Shown: positions 41,164 through 52,294, counted from the stretch's first letter. The stretch is 64,000 nucleotides of DNA from an uncultured Desulfospira sp. (GCA_963663165.1 OY760175.1:1920001-1984000); one strand, 5' to 3'. Program-made: numbers and translations. Notes: generated by a model from the letters alone, not told the origin.

Positions 41164-42624
41164 TTATATCCCAATCACCTTATTCATGGGGATGCCAAGG
41201 TCCGGGTCCCCCTTGATCACGGCAAAGGACTTCACGCCCGGGGCCCTGGAGATGTTTTTCGGGCAAAGATAAATATTTTTCATCTGAATTTCCATGAACA
41301 GCTCTGTGGGGGGCGGCCATTTGGATTTGATGCACAGGTCCCGGGCAAGGCTGTACACGTCTTCAAGCTGGTCAATTTTCTGGATATGGTCCACATGAAG
41401 AAAAATTTCATCAAAGCCATCAAACGCATCCCGGATCCATCCCGTGTTTGAAAATTTCTCCGCATATACCGCCTGGATTCCCATTTTCTTAGAAAGGTCC
41501 CGTATAAATGCCATGGTCCGGTCAAACACCATCTCTTTCTGGTCAAGAAGCCCGGACCTGCTGAAATCCGGCAGATCATCCCTGAAGGCCCGGACCGTCT
41601 CCACAGCGTCCAGGGCCAGGATGGTATACTCGCTTTGGTGGGGACAAAAAATATTGTGCCGGGTCTTAGAGATACCGGTATCGCTGATATAAAGGGGCAG
41701 CATGTGGGCCTTCATCACAAAATCCCCGTCCAGATAGACTTTCAAAATCTGATAATTCTGGTCCAGAATCCATGAAAAAATAGTCCAGAAAATGTTTTCT
41801 ATACGGATGTCAGTCTGAAAATTTCTCTTGTCGGCCGTGCAGTCCCCGGTCAATTTCCCGAGCATCAGGTAGGAGGCGTCCCTGGCGGCAAATTCAAACT
41901 CAACGCCGTTACCCCTGATCCCGCAAAGGCCATCAAGCCCTTTCAAATGGAAACTGTCCGGCAGTTTCAAAAGCAATGCCGCCACCTCGTCGGCATACAT
42001 CTTCAGGACATGGGGATCAGGGAAAGGAAATTCGCCGGACAGGACCTCGGCCGTCTTTTTTAGAATTTGAACAGCCTTGACCCGGTCTAAGGCCAATCTG
42101 GTCTGCTCTTTTTTGAGCCCGTTGTCAAGCCGGTCCGCTTTTTTGGACAGGATCCGGATCAGGGTGTCGTACAGATCCGGATCCGGTATGCAGTTCACGA
42201 TTTCTTTTCTGACCAGGCCCGTTTCAACCAGATCGGTTCTGATATCCCGTGTCAGCAGGTCCGTAAAAACCGCCTCGTTGTCCCGGATCATGTTCACCAG
42301 GGTTGCGGGGTCATTGATATTGGACAAAAAACAAGGATCAAACCCGAATTCAGAAGGGTAATCCCGGTGCCAGGATTTAAAAAAGGAAAGCACATCGCCT
42401 TTGAGATTATGCCCCTCATTTTCGAGGCGCTCCCGGAGGAATTTCCCAAGATCCAGGTTCAGCCCCTTTTTGTTTTTTCTCCCCTTTTTGACGGGAACCA
42501 GGCCGTAAGAGCTGGGCAGCCGGCCAAACTCTTTTCCGGCCTGCCGCAACGGGATGTCAATGGGGCCTGATTTTTGTGAAAACCCTAAGACAACCGGGTT
42601 ATATTCGGGCTGCGGGTCAGGCAT
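41164..42624 (-). CDS. Hypothetical protein (486 aa)
   Basis: Long ORF starting immediately after the kinase stop (TAAATG); no family recognised. Confidence 0.8.
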   Translation of the reverse strand: MPDPQPEYNPVVLGFSQKSGPIDIPLRQAGKEFGRLPSSYGLVPVKKGRKNKKGLNLDLGKFLRERLENEGHNLKGDVLSFFKSWHRDYPSEFGFDPCFLSNINDPATLVNMIRDNEAVFTDLLTRDIRTDLVETGLVRKEIVNCIPDPDLYDTLIRILSKKADRLDNGLKKEQTRLALDRVKAVQILKKTAEVLSGEFPFPDPHVLKMYADEVAALLLKLPDSFHLKGLDGLCGIRGNGVEFEFAARDASYLMLGKLTGDCTADKRNFQTDIRIENIFWTIFSWILDQNYQILKVYLDGDFVMKAHMLPLYISDTGISKTRHNIFCPHQSEYTILALDAVETVRAFRDDLPDFSRSGLLDQKEMVFDRTMAFIRDLSKKMGIQAVYAEKFSNTGWIRDAFDGFDEIFLHVDHIQKIDQLEDVYSLARDLCIKSKWPPPTELFMEIQMKNIYLCPKNISRAPGVKSFAVIKGDPDLGIPMNKVIGI

Positions 42625-44102
42625 TTATAAAGTTGTCTCCTCCCGGAAACAGGGAATATATACATAAAAGGCCGCCCCTTTGCCCGGCAGGCTTTCTACC
42701 CGGATATCCCCCTTGTGTTCCTTGATAATACCGTGGGCAACGGATAATCCCATGCCAGATCCTTTGCCCGGGGGCTTGGTGGTAAAATAGGGATCAAATA
42801 TCCGCTTAATGGTGACAGGGTCTATGCCCGGCCCCGTATCCCGGATCACCAGCTCAATGTATCTGCCTGGTTCAAGGCCCGGATCCAAATGCCGGGGTGC
42901 CGGACCGATTTCTAACTCCCTGAGGCCAATGTCCAGAATCCCGCCGGTTTCTTCCATGGCCTGGGCCGCATTGGAACACAGGTTCATCAGCACCTGGTGA
43001 ACCTGTATGCCGTTTGCCAGTACCGGCCCGGCAGTTTCGTCAAGATCCGTGCGAATTTCAATATTGGACGGGATGCTCGGGCGAAGAAGGCGAAACACTT
43101 CCCGGACCAGGGCCTGAACCAGAAGCGTTTCTTTTTCGTACCCGGATTTCCGGCTGAAGGCCAGGATGTGAGACACCAGCTCTTTGGCCCGCATGGCGGC
43201 TTTCAGGACTTCTTTCAGGTTCCGGCTGATGGGGGTGTCCGTTTCCATCTTCAACAGGCTCAGTTCCGTAAAGCCGATAATGGGATGCAGTATATTGTTA
43301 AAATCATGTGCGATACCACCGGCAAGAGAACCAAGGGCCTCCATTTTCATGGCCTGAACCAGCCGGGACTCAAGCTCTTTTCTCTCCTTGATCTCTTTTG
43401 ATAAACGTTCATTGGACAAAGATAATTTCTGGGTTCTTTCTTTGACTTGTGCTTCGAGTATCTCATTGGCACAACGAACCTTTTCCTGCTCCTGCCGGAG
43501 CAAATGCCTTAAAAAGAACTCCTTTCGGTCTGAAATTTCCAGCGAATAGCAGATGAGCATGCCAAGGACATTGACCACCATCATAAAGGGAAGGTCAACC
43601 ATCAAAACATCATGGGGGGTATCTATGAGAATGGAGACAAGCACAAACAGAACAAAGAGAATCCAGCCCACAATGGTTGCCGATATAAACCGGGAACGAA
43701 TAAATGTATAGCCAAAGACAAGACAGATGATCACGCCCACATAATACCGCGTGTTCAAAGGCGGCGGGGTAAACAGCATGACGGCAAGAAACCCGGATCC
43801 TGTAACCAGCACATACACATTGTTCAAAGCCTGCCACAGCCTTTTATAGCTGTGGTGAAAGGTCAGCAAAAACCCGGCCAGAAACATGGGGGTGATGATA
43901 TAGCGGGTGATATCCCATAAAATATGCCTCTCGGTACTGAAGACCAGGTGATCAAAAACTGAAAAACACCATAAAAAAATATGGAAAAAAAATGGCAGGC
44001 CCGGATCAATCCCAGGTATTTATCAAAATAATCATCTAAAAAAGGCGGCTCCAGACTCTCCAGCCCCCGGGAAAACGAGAGGGTTATGGGGTTTAAATTC
44101 AA
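42625..44102 (-). CDS. 6TM sensor histidine kinase with apparent frameshift near 43962-43979
   Basis: AHDFNNIL, GSGMGL; the N-terminal TM helix is in ORF 43863..44210 and joins if one T is added in a T-run; start tentative. Confidence 0.8.
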
Positions 44103-44573
44103 CTGCTTTACATGGGAATACTGGGGGAATATGGTCCGGTATAAGTTCAATGCGTGGTATCCTGAATTTTTTAGGGCCTTTTTAAGAAAGATATACCATA
44201 ACCCCGGCAATGGGAAGGCTGATCAAATATCTAGGACATATTTAAAGCTGAGATCTTTATAAAAGCGTTAGGGGGGACACCACCCATGCCCCCCTGTTAA
44301 AGAATTCTTTTCACCCAGGCGTTACCCGGCGTTAAGGCGCCACCTGAATCTGTTCTAATTTTTGGATCAGGGGCATGGGCCCGCTCCTTCTACCGTGCAT
44401 TGACCCAAAATGTAACGATAGACGCCGGATGTTGGGTTCCCTTGGAGGGGCGCATCCGGTTTCCTTCTTCCGGTTTTGCGGTCTCCATTCCATTTTATTG
44501 AATTATCCCTATCGATAAGGGGTTGGGTAACGATAGCGACAGATAGGGAGGAGCGGTGTGGCCATGATCCGGG

Positions 44574-45965
44574 TTAATTAGACACTGCAGCCGAATGGCC
44601 CGGTGTCCGGCGGATCTGGGTAAGGGCGTTCTGGGCCGCTTTTTTCTGTTGTGAGTATTCGCTGGCCCCGGCAAAGGCCTGCTCGGCAAGCTTTAGATTG
44701 TCCAGGTTCCAGGCCGCATATCCCTGCATCAACAGGGCCTGCCCCCTGAAAGATTTGAATTTTTCCAGCTGTGCATACACGTCAAGGGCTTTGGCATAGG
44801 CTTTTTCGGCAAACAGGATATCGGCCTTCATCTTTAACAACGCCGGATCTTTTCCGGCGGACAGCCCCTTATCAATCCATTTGAGGGCCGATTCCTTTTC
44901 CCCGCCGTTCAAAAAGGCCTGGGAAATCTGTTTAATGGTTTTGAACTTTTCACCGGCTTCTTTTTGCTGTTCAAGCCTGGCCTGGTAGTAGACTGCCGCC
45001 TGGGTCGGGATGCCGCAGGCCATGTAAAGGTCGGCCAAAAGCGATGTTTCCCGTTCAGACAAGGGGACCAGATAAGAATAAATCAGCAAAGAAGACAACC
45101 CGGGTTCCAGCTGGTTCACCCCCAGGTAAATATGGGTTAAGGCTTTCCACCATTTGGGCTCTTCAGGCTCAAGCCGGGTTAATGACCTGGCATAGGCCAG
45201 GGCCTCTTTGTCCATCTTGAGCAGCATGTACTGGTTGAGCAGAATCTCCTGCCATTTTTTTCTCTTGTCCCCGGTGTTTTTCTGGGCAAGTTCCTTTATG
45301 TAAGGCAGGGCCTGTTCGTTTTTTTCCAGGGCAAACAGGATATGAACCAGGGTTTCCTTCCATTCCAGGCGAACGTCACCGGGATGGGCCTTTAAAAGAC
45401 GGTAAAAAATATCAAGGGCCTTTTGATGCTTTTCCGCCGTGGTCTGGCAGATGACCGCATAGTAAAGGTGCTGGGGATTTTTTTCCTCGCCGGTGTCATA
45501 GGCTTTAAGGAAACAGTCGCCGGCAAGGGCCATCTGCCCCAATTCATACCGGCAGCGGGCCAGGTTGACCCAGGCCGGATAAAGGTCCGGCTTTTTTTTC
45601 ACCACCGCTGCAAGTCTTGCGGCAGCCTCCTTGACATAGGCGGGATTGCTGTTTTTCTGATCCATCATCAGCAACCCATTGGCGATCATAAAATCAATAT
45701 AATAATGGTCATACCCTTTCTTGGCCGCCTCTTCAGGCGATACGGACGCCTTCTGGGCCGAAAAGGCCTTAAGCTCGGCCACCGCCTCACCAAATTTCTC
45801 CTTTGCCATGAACTGATTGGCCTTGTTGACACAGATGCCGGCGGAAAACGGCAAATCAGGACTCTGGGCCATCGCCGCCCCAGCAGAAAACAGGGCCCAG
45901 ACAACCGCCACAACCGTTAAAAATATGGTTCTTGAAGGTGCCATCACACGCCCGCACCCAAACAA
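44574..45965 (-). CDS. TPR protein of the TonB cluster
   Basis: Signal peptide and helical TPR-like repeats; last gene of the operon. Confidence 0.8.
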   Translation of the reverse strand: MFGCGRVMAPSRTIFLTVVAVVWALFSAGAAMAQSPDLPFSAGICVNKANQFMAKEKFGEAVAELKAFSAQKASVSPEEAAKKGYDHYYIDFMIANGLLMMDQKNSNPAYVKEAAARLAAVVKKKPDLYPAWVNLARCRYELGQMALAGDCFLKAYDTGEEKNPQHLYYAVICQTTAEKHQKALDIFYRLLKAHPGDVRLEWKETLVHILFALEKNEQALPYIKELAQKNTGDKRKKWQEILLNQYMLLKMDKEALAYARSLTRLEPEEPKWWKALTHIYLGVNQLEPGLSSLLIYSYLVPLSERETSLLADLYMACGIPTQAAVYYQARLEQQKEAGEKFKTIKQISQAFLNGGEKESALKWIDKGLSAGKDPALLKMKADILFAEKAYAKALDVYAQLEKFKSFRGQALLMQGYAAWNLDNLKLAEQAFAGASEYSQQKKAAQNALTQIRRTPGHSAAVSN

Positions 45966-46012
45966 CCCGCCATTCTCACAATTTCATCCTTCATCCTTTA
46001 TCCTTTCAAAGA

Positions 46013-46726
46013 TCAGTCCAACTGAAACCGGATTGTGGTCCTGGCCAGGGCCGGTACCGGCACCCCTTCCACTGTTCCGGGCTTGAATTTCCACTGTTTC
46101 AGGCAGTTGATCACGCTCTGGTTAAAAATGGTTTCAGGCTCGGCTTCCACGATCTTGATATCCTCAACGGTCCCGGTTTTGGTGACCACAAACTGAACCG
46201 TGACCCATCCTTCGATTCCCCGCCGGGTGGCCCTGTGGGGATAAACCGGGGGCACCTGGGCCAGGGGGGTTAAAGGCGAATCCAGTTCATCGGCATTATA
46301 CTGCCCTTTTAAGCCCGGGGCATTGAGGCTGAAATGTTCCAGGGGCGGCATGTCCAGGCTGGTTGCGGTGGGCGGCAGCTTGGTATTGAGTTCAAAGGGA
46401 AGCTTTGGTTTTTGAACCACAGGCTTTGGATTGGAGACATGGAGGGGCCGCTTGGCCTTTACGATTTTTTCGGGTTTCTTTTCAGGCTCCACCAGCTCTT
46501 TCTTTTTCGGCGGTGTTTCAGGCCGCTTGACCCGGACAACCGGAATAGCGTTCAACAGTTCCGAATCATCAGGTTTGTCCGGAATGCCCTGGATGGTGCC
46601 GGGCATGATGCCGAACAAGAACAGATTAAGTAGAATGGACAGGGCAATGGCGATACCCCAGCCCACCCATTGGTGAACCACTCCCTGATTTGCCTGTGCC
46701 GCTGCCGGCATGCCGGTGCCGTTCAC
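46013..46726 (-). CDS. tonB: Energy transducer TonB
   Basis: TM, Pro/Lys linker, PVYP..RGIEGWV..WKFKP. Confidence 0.92.
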   Translation of the reverse strand: MNGTGMPAAAQANQGVVHQWVGWGIAIALSILLNLFLFGIMPGTIQGIPDKPDDSELLNAIPVVRVKRPETPPKKKELVEPEKKPEKIVKAKRPLHVSNPKPVVQKPKLPFELNTKLPPTATSLDMPPLEHFSLNAPGLKGQYNADELDSPLTPLAQVPPVYPHRATRRGIEGWVTVQFVVTKTGTVEDIKIVEAEPETIFNQSVINCLKQWKFKPGTVEGVPVPALARTTIRFQLD

Positions 46727-46731
46727 TTTGT

Positions 46732-47151
46732 TTATTCTCCGGCCGGAAGGCTTGCGGCAATGGAAACGTTTTCCACTCCGGCCAGCTTGCAGGCGTCCAT
46801 GACCGTGATGACCAGGCCGGTCCTGGAATCCCGGTCCGCCACAATCACCACGCTGCCCTCGGGGTTTTCCGCAAGGGCCCTTTCCACATTGGCCCGGACC
46901 GCCCGGATATCAATCTGCCGCCGGTCCAGATGGACGGTATCGTTTTTGGTCACCCCGATAAGGATGGTTGATTTGGCCTTGCTCACGGCCGTGGATGCGG
47001 CCGGCCGGGAAATGTCCACCCCGGTCTCTTTTACAAAGCTGGTGGTGACCAGAAAAAAAATGAGCAGGATAAACACCATATCAATGAGCGGGGCAATGTT
47101 GAGTTCCAACGTTTTTCGTTCGGCCCGCCGGGCTGCTGAAATATTTAACAT
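46732..47151 (-). CDS. exbD: ExbD
   Basis: NIAPLIDMVFILLIFFLVT. Confidence 0.93.
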   Translation of the reverse strand: MLNISAARRAERKTLELNIAPLIDMVFILLIFFLVTTSFVKETGVDISRPAASTAVSKAKSTILIGVTKNDTVHLDRRQIDIRAVRANVERALAENPEGSVVIVADRDSRTGLVITVMDACKLAGVENVSIAASLPAGE

Positions 47152-47168
47152 AAAGACACCTTGTATTG

Positions 47169-47242
47169 AGCTTTTAGCTTTTAGCTGTTAGCTTTTAGCT
47201 TTGCTGCTGGTTTTTGGCTAACAGCTAATGGCTAATAGCTTT
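47169..47242. repeat. Inverted heptamer array (TTAGCTK family)
   Basis: TTAGCTT/TTAGCTG units facing GCTAA units; related copies at 59820-59842 and 62010-62080. Confidence 0.85.
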
Positions 47243-47243
47243 C

Positions 47244-47840
47244 TTATAAAAACCGCTTTAAGTACATGCCCGTGGCGCAGATCTTGTGTTTGAGGTTCTG
47301 GGCCCGCCGGTGGAGCCACCCGCTCATCCACAGGCCGGGGATGGAGACCATCAGTCCGGTCTGGGTGGTGATCAATGCCACGGAGATCCCCGAGGCCATG
47401 GCCCGGGCATTTCCGGTACCGTAAACGGTGATCACATCAAAGGTCTGCATCATGCCCACCACGGTGCCCAGAAGCCCCAGAAGGGGGGCCACGGCAGACA
47501 GCACCGTGATAAATGACAGGTATTTCTCCAAAGAAGCGTTCATTCCCAGGGTGATCTCGTCCAGGATAAAATCGTCCAGGGCCGGGTCAAAACTTCTTTT
47601 GGACAAAAATTTTCTGACCAGGGTGGAGTTGGCCCCCTTGTATTTGTCTTCAGGCCAGCGGTTTTCCTTTACCAGCCGGCCGGCCTCACGCCGGGTGATA
47701 TTTTTAACATAAAGCCGCCTTAAAAAAAGGACCCGGTTAAAGATCAATACCCACATGAGAAAAGAGACCAGAAGGATCGGGATCATGACCACCCCGCCGG
47801 AATCGAGATATCCGGCTATGCTCTGGACAAACCCGCTCAT
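47244..47840 (-). CDS. exbB: ExbB/MotA/TolQ proton channel
   Basis: APLLGLLGTV, GISVALITTQTGL. Confidence 0.92.
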   Translation of the reverse strand: MSGFVQSIAGYLDSGGVVMIPILLVSFLMWVLIFNRVLFLRRLYVKNITRREAGRLVKENRWPEDKYKGANSTLVRKFLSKRSFDPALDDFILDEITLGMNASLEKYLSFITVLSAVAPLLGLLGTVVGMMQTFDVITVYGTGNARAMASGISVALITTQTGLMVSIPGLWMSGWLHRRAQNLKHKICATGMYLKRFL

Positions 47841-49381
47841 GCGTCACGGTTCTCCTGACAGCAGCAGCCGGCATTCCTGACCTTGAACACCATGTTGACA
47901 AAGGCCACGGATTTTTCCTCCATCCGGCTGATCTGGGTATCCACCTTCCGGCTTAAAAAGGTGTGAAAGATCATGATGGGAATGGCCACGGTAAGCCCGA
48001 GCATGGTGGTGACCAGGGCCTCGGAAATCCCGCCGGACATCATTCTCGGGTCCCCTGCCCCATAGCAGGTGATCACATGAAAGGTATTGATCATGCCGGT
48101 AACCGTTCCCAAAAGCCCCATGAGCGGGGCAATGGCGGCCAGCATGCCCAGGGTGGACAAAAACCGCTCCACCCTGGGGATCTCGCCCAATATGGCTTCC
48201 TGAAGGGCGTTTTCCATATCCTGGCGGGCCAGGTCCCTGAAGGGAAGCGCCGTTAACAGCACCTTGGGGACCAGCCGTTTTTTATTGGCGTCAAACAAGG
48301 CCTTGCACTGGTCCCAGTCATTGTTGGCCACAAATTTTTCCACTTTGGCCATAAAGGGCTCCACCTTGACCCGCCTGAAGGTAAAAAAGAAAAACCGTTC
48401 AATTAAGATGAGCAGGGCAATGACCAGGATGGCCAGGATGGGCCAGACAATGGGACCGCCCTTGGGCACCTGTTCCACCAGGTCCAGTTCATGGGTCAGC
48501 CGTCGAAGGGCGGCGCCTTTGGAAATATCCACGGGAACATCGGGTCTTTCGCCTTTAAGGTATTCTTCAATGGCCTTGACCACCGGGGATGCCGGCAATT
48601 TAGACAGGGCAAACAGCCGCCGGCTCTGGGCCGAATAGATCAGGAATCCGGTTTCAGCCGATTGTCCGGCCTCTTGGGCCAAGGTGTAGATCCCGGAGAA
48701 ATTTCCCAGGACAAGAATTTGGGCCTCTTTTTCCGTGCCGCTTCTGTCCACGATGGTGCCGTTGGTGATCCTGACCTCTCCTGAAGCCCTGATCTCCTCC
48801 AGATAGGTATCGGCCATTTGCCGGATCAGATCCATGGACGGAAACTTTTCCTGGCTTAGGATCTCTTTTAAAAAGGTGTGGCGGTCCTTTAAAATTCCGC
48901 TTTGAAGACTTTGAATTAAAAGGCTTTCAAGGTCTTTGGCATGGCTTCTGACAAAACCGGACAACTCTTTGTTTTCGGCCTGGGCAACGCTTAAGGCCTG
49001 TTTGAGGGTGACCCGTTCCTCTCTTAAGGTTTCAATCCGGCTTTCAATGGCCTGATTTTCCTTTTCAAGGCTCACGTTGGCTGCCTTTAGTTTGGCAATG
49101 GCCGCGGTCAGGGACGCCTTGTCCTGCTTGATGGCACTGACCTTTTTCTGGGCCTCTTCCCGGGCCTGGCTCAACTCCCGGTCTGCCTTTTCTTCCATTA
49201 TTTTCCGTTTTTGTTCAAGGGAAACATGATCGGCCCTCATATCCTGGTTCTGGGCCAGGGCATGGCTGGGCCAGAAGGCCAACCCAAAGGCCGTCATCCA
49301 TATAATAAAGCAGGCCGGCCATATCTGTTGAGCTGAATAAATTTTCATGGCAGCCCCCTTATTGTCCGGACGGGCCGGCAA
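47837..49381 (-). CDS. Long ExbB-family protein (TtpC-like)
   Basis: Periplasmic coiled coil plus APLMGLLGTVTGM..GISEALVTT. Confidence 0.88.
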   Translation of the reverse strand: MPARPDNKGAAMKIYSAQQIWPACFIIWMTAFGLAFWPSHALAQNQDMRADHVSLEQKRKIMEEKADRELSQAREEAQKKVSAIKQDKASLTAAIAKLKAANVSLEKENQAIESRIETLREERVTLKQALSVAQAENKELSGFVRSHAKDLESLLIQSLQSGILKDRHTFLKEILSQEKFPSMDLIRQMADTYLEEIRASGEVRITNGTIVDRSGTEKEAQILVLGNFSGIYTLAQEAGQSAETGFLIYSAQSRRLFALSKLPASPVVKAIEEYLKGERPDVPVDISKGAALRRLTHELDLVEQVPKGGPIVWPILAILVIALLILIERFFFFTFRRVKVEPFMAKVEKFVANNDWDQCKALFDANKKRLVPKVLLTALPFRDLARQDMENALQEAILGEIPRVERFLSTLGMLAAIAPLMGLLGTVTGMINTFHVITCYGAGDPRMMSGGISEALVTTMLGLTVAIPIMIFHTFLSRKVDTQISRMEEKSVAFVNMVFKVRNAGCCCQENRDA

Positions 49382-50180
49382 GCCGTCCTAAAGGCAGGTT
49401 AATGACTTCCATGGGCCGCCGTTTTGCCGCCATCTCAACGGCCGCATCCAGCCCCCCCATGTACCGCTTGTCCAGGGCCTGCCAGTTGTTTTCCGAAACA
49501 TTGAACACGGCCGCCGCCTCCCGGTCCAGGGTCAAAAAGAACAGGGAAATCCGGCCCAGCCTGAAAATATCGCCTAGGACCTCGCTTCCCTCAAGAAGGA
49601 TTTTGTCCTGGTAGACTTCAATGGTGTTGCCGTATTCCGCCTCTATGGACAGGGCCTCCATGACTTTTCTGTATTTTTCGGCAATGCTTACATCCATGTC
49701 ATCCATGGTATGGGACAGTCTGGCCAGTCTTGTCTGCCGCTCAGCTGTTAAAAACGGGACATCCTGATCCATCAGGTCCTTAAGGCTTTGCTGAACAGAC
49801 AGCAAAAAAGGCATCATCTCCTTTTTGATCCGCATGGCCTCAAGCCGTTCGGCTTCCAGATCCCGGTTGACCTGTTCATGGCCTGAAAGCGCCTTTTCCA
49901 GGATTTTGTTGGCAGCTGTTAAGTGTTCATTTTCCATGGAAAGCTGGTCGTAAAGCACCATAAGTTCGGATTTTTCCGAATCCCATGTTTCCTGCTTTTT
50001 CTGGGTGGCCTGGCGGGTGTCAATGGACTTGCCCACCTGTTGTTCCACCTTCTTTGCCGTGGCTGAAAAACCGCTTGAGCCAGACATCAGCATTAAAGAC
50101 AGGGCAGTCACACCAATTAAGACCGGGCCGCCCCGTTTTCCCGGACCCGTTTGTGTTTGTTTCAGCTTTTTTAGATTCAT
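49359..50180 (-). CDS. DUF3450-family protein (TtpB-like)
   Basis: PFL..ER..RL, EKYRKVMEA..IEAEYG, RLGR; start set at ATG 50180 (AGGAG RBS). Confidence 0.85.
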   Translation of the reverse strand: MNLKKLKQTQTGPGKRGGPVLIGVTALSLMLMSGSSGFSATAKKVEQQVGKSIDTRQATQKKQETWDSEKSELMVLYDQLSMENEHLTAANKILEKALSGHEQVNRDLEAERLEAMRIKKEMMPFLLSVQQSLKDLMDQDVPFLTAERQTRLARLSHTMDDMDVSIAEKYRKVMEALSIEAEYGNTIEVYQDKILLEGSEVLGDIFRLGRISLFFLTLDREAAAVFNVSENNWQALDKRYMGGLDAAVEMAAKRRPMEVINLPLGRLAGPSGQ

Positions 50181-50489
50181 TTTGCTCCTGACAATTTTAA
50201 TATCCTGGGAAGCCGGCCTTCCGATCACCATACAGCACCCGGATCATGTGTAGTTTGTAGTAGGCATATATCGGGGAACGATTGCTGCTGTCAAGACCCA
50301 TTTTAGATATGCTTAACTATTTTTCTACTTATTGACTTTTCCTATAGAAAAGCGAGAGTTAATTTCAGCCCCCTGTCTCTTCTATGGGGCTGCCCCCCAA
50401 GACGGCAGGGTCACCGCATGTAAAAAAGCAATCCATTCCGGAATGGAAAATAGGGAGACCGGATTTCCAGGTCCCTCTGGTTGCGGCGC

Positions 50490-50536
50490 AGGAGCGGGCC
50501 ATGCCCGCGATCCGATCGCGGGCATGGCCCGCTCCT
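50490..50536. repeat. REPIN-like perfect palindrome
   Basis: AGGAGCGGGCCATGCCCGCGAT-ccg-ATCGCGGGCATGGCCCGCTCCT. Confidence 0.85.
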
Positions 50537-50782
50537 AAAGGGTTGGTCTTCTTGCCCTTTCTCAAACTATTCAGAGCAAGATGCAAATCCCCGAATTTGC
50601 TATCCGGTCTTCGGTCCCCCGTTTCCGGTCTCCGTTCAGGAATATTGGAAATTAAATATATCATTATAGATGCGGTTCCCCTCCCCTGCTCAAGGCCGTC
50701 ATAAATATTGCTTGAATTAAAAAACACTGATATGGAGAAAACCGGTGATATATTTTGATTTGTAAAAAAAGGACCATCCGCC

Positions 50783-51951
50783 ATGAACCATATCAAACGA
50801 CAAATTGATCAAATCAGATCATCTCTTATAACATTTGCCGCAGGCCTGGTCAAAATCAAAAGCTATTCCGGCCGGGAACAGCAGGCCATTGAATTTATCC
50901 GGCAGGAGATGAAAGCCCTGAATTACGATCAGATTTTCATTGACGCCATGGGCAACCTGGTGGACGGGTGGGCAGCGGGAAAAAGGTGGTCATGTTTGAT
51001 TCCCACGTGGACACCGTGGCTGTGACCAACCCCTCTGACTGGGCCCATGATCCCTTTGGCGGCGTGATTGAACAGGGCCGGCTCCACGGCAGGGGGTCGG
51101 TGGATATGAAATCCGGTGCAGCGGCTTCAATCTATGGGGCAGCCCTGGCCAAACAGCTGAACCTGATTGAAGACAAGACCGTTTATGTCTCCTGCACGGT
51201 CATGGAAGAGGACTGTGACGGCGAAAACTTAAAGCACCTGTTCAAAGAATCCGGGATCTGCCCCCAGTATATGGTCATCTGCGAACCCTCGGACAACAAG
51301 CTTGCCACGGGCCACAAGGGCAAAGCACAGATAGCGGTAAAGACCCATGGCGTCTCCGCCCACGGGTCTGCCCCGGAAAAAGGGCAAAATGCCGTCTATG
51401 AGATGGCCCGGATTATCCGTCGCATTGAGCAGACCGCCGGCCGCCTCATGGAGACCCCGGGGCTCCACGGCACCCTGGTGGCATCGCAAATTTCAAGCAA
51501 AAGCGAATCCCTGAACGCGGTTCCCTTTGAATGTGAGATCTACCTGGACCGGCGCATGGTGTTGGGAGAGACCCGGGATACCATCAAACAGGAGATGGAC
51601 GCCATTGTTAAGGGCCAAAATGCCTCCTGGGAGATCGGCACCCTGAACCGCCGGTCTTACACCGGCCTTGAGGTAACCTACCACCCCTTCCATCTGCCCT
51701 GGCAGATTGACCCCGGCCACCCGCTGTCAACGGCATGTGTGGCTGCCTTTCAAGAGGCCTTTAACAAAGCACCGGAAACCGATTACTGGGATTTCAGCAC
51801 CAATGCGGTCACCCCGGTCTCCATGGGCATTCCCTGCATCGGATTCGGCCCGGGTGAGTATAAACTGGCCCACATGACCAATGAAAACTGTGAGATCAAC
51901 CAAATCACAGGGGCCTGTGAGTTTTACGCTACCCTTATCCATAAACTATAG
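50783..51951 (+). CDS. ygeY: YgeY-like M20 metallohydrolase with apparent frameshift at about 50962
   Basis: DSHVDTV, GRGSVDMK, EEDCDG, HGSAPE, FSTN; one extra G restores MGNLVGRVGSG. Confidence 0.8.
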
Positions 51952-52100
51952 TAAATGAATTGGCCCCGTTTTTCCCGGCTTCTGGCGCTTGATCGCGGCC
52001 ACAGAGAAACATCAAACGGATAAAAACGCTGCGCGGGCGAATGCCCAGATGTCAAGGCTGACCCTCTATCGCTTCCTATCGCTCTATCGCTCCTTAGAAT

Positions 52101-52162
52101 TGTGAAATTTTTTCCACAAAGTTGTGAAATTTTTTTCACAAAGTTGTGAGGTTTTTTTCACA
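52101..52162. promoter_or_regulatory. Three TGT-N12-ACA boxes at 22-bp period (putative enhancer)
   Basis: TGTGAAATTTTTTCCACA-like units at 52101, 52123 and 52145. Confidence 0.65.
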
Positions 52163-52294
52163 ATTGCTTATAGTTCATTACATCACCGGGTCAAATTCAA
52201 AGGAGTTTAAAGTATGATTTAATATCATAACCGCTCAAAAAAACATTAAATAACGAAATATATGATTATTTTGCCACCCCCGCCACCTATCAAT

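Noticed and set aside
52101..52162. Possible mini CRISPR array
   Set aside because: 22-bp period with no unique spacers; better explained as activator sites
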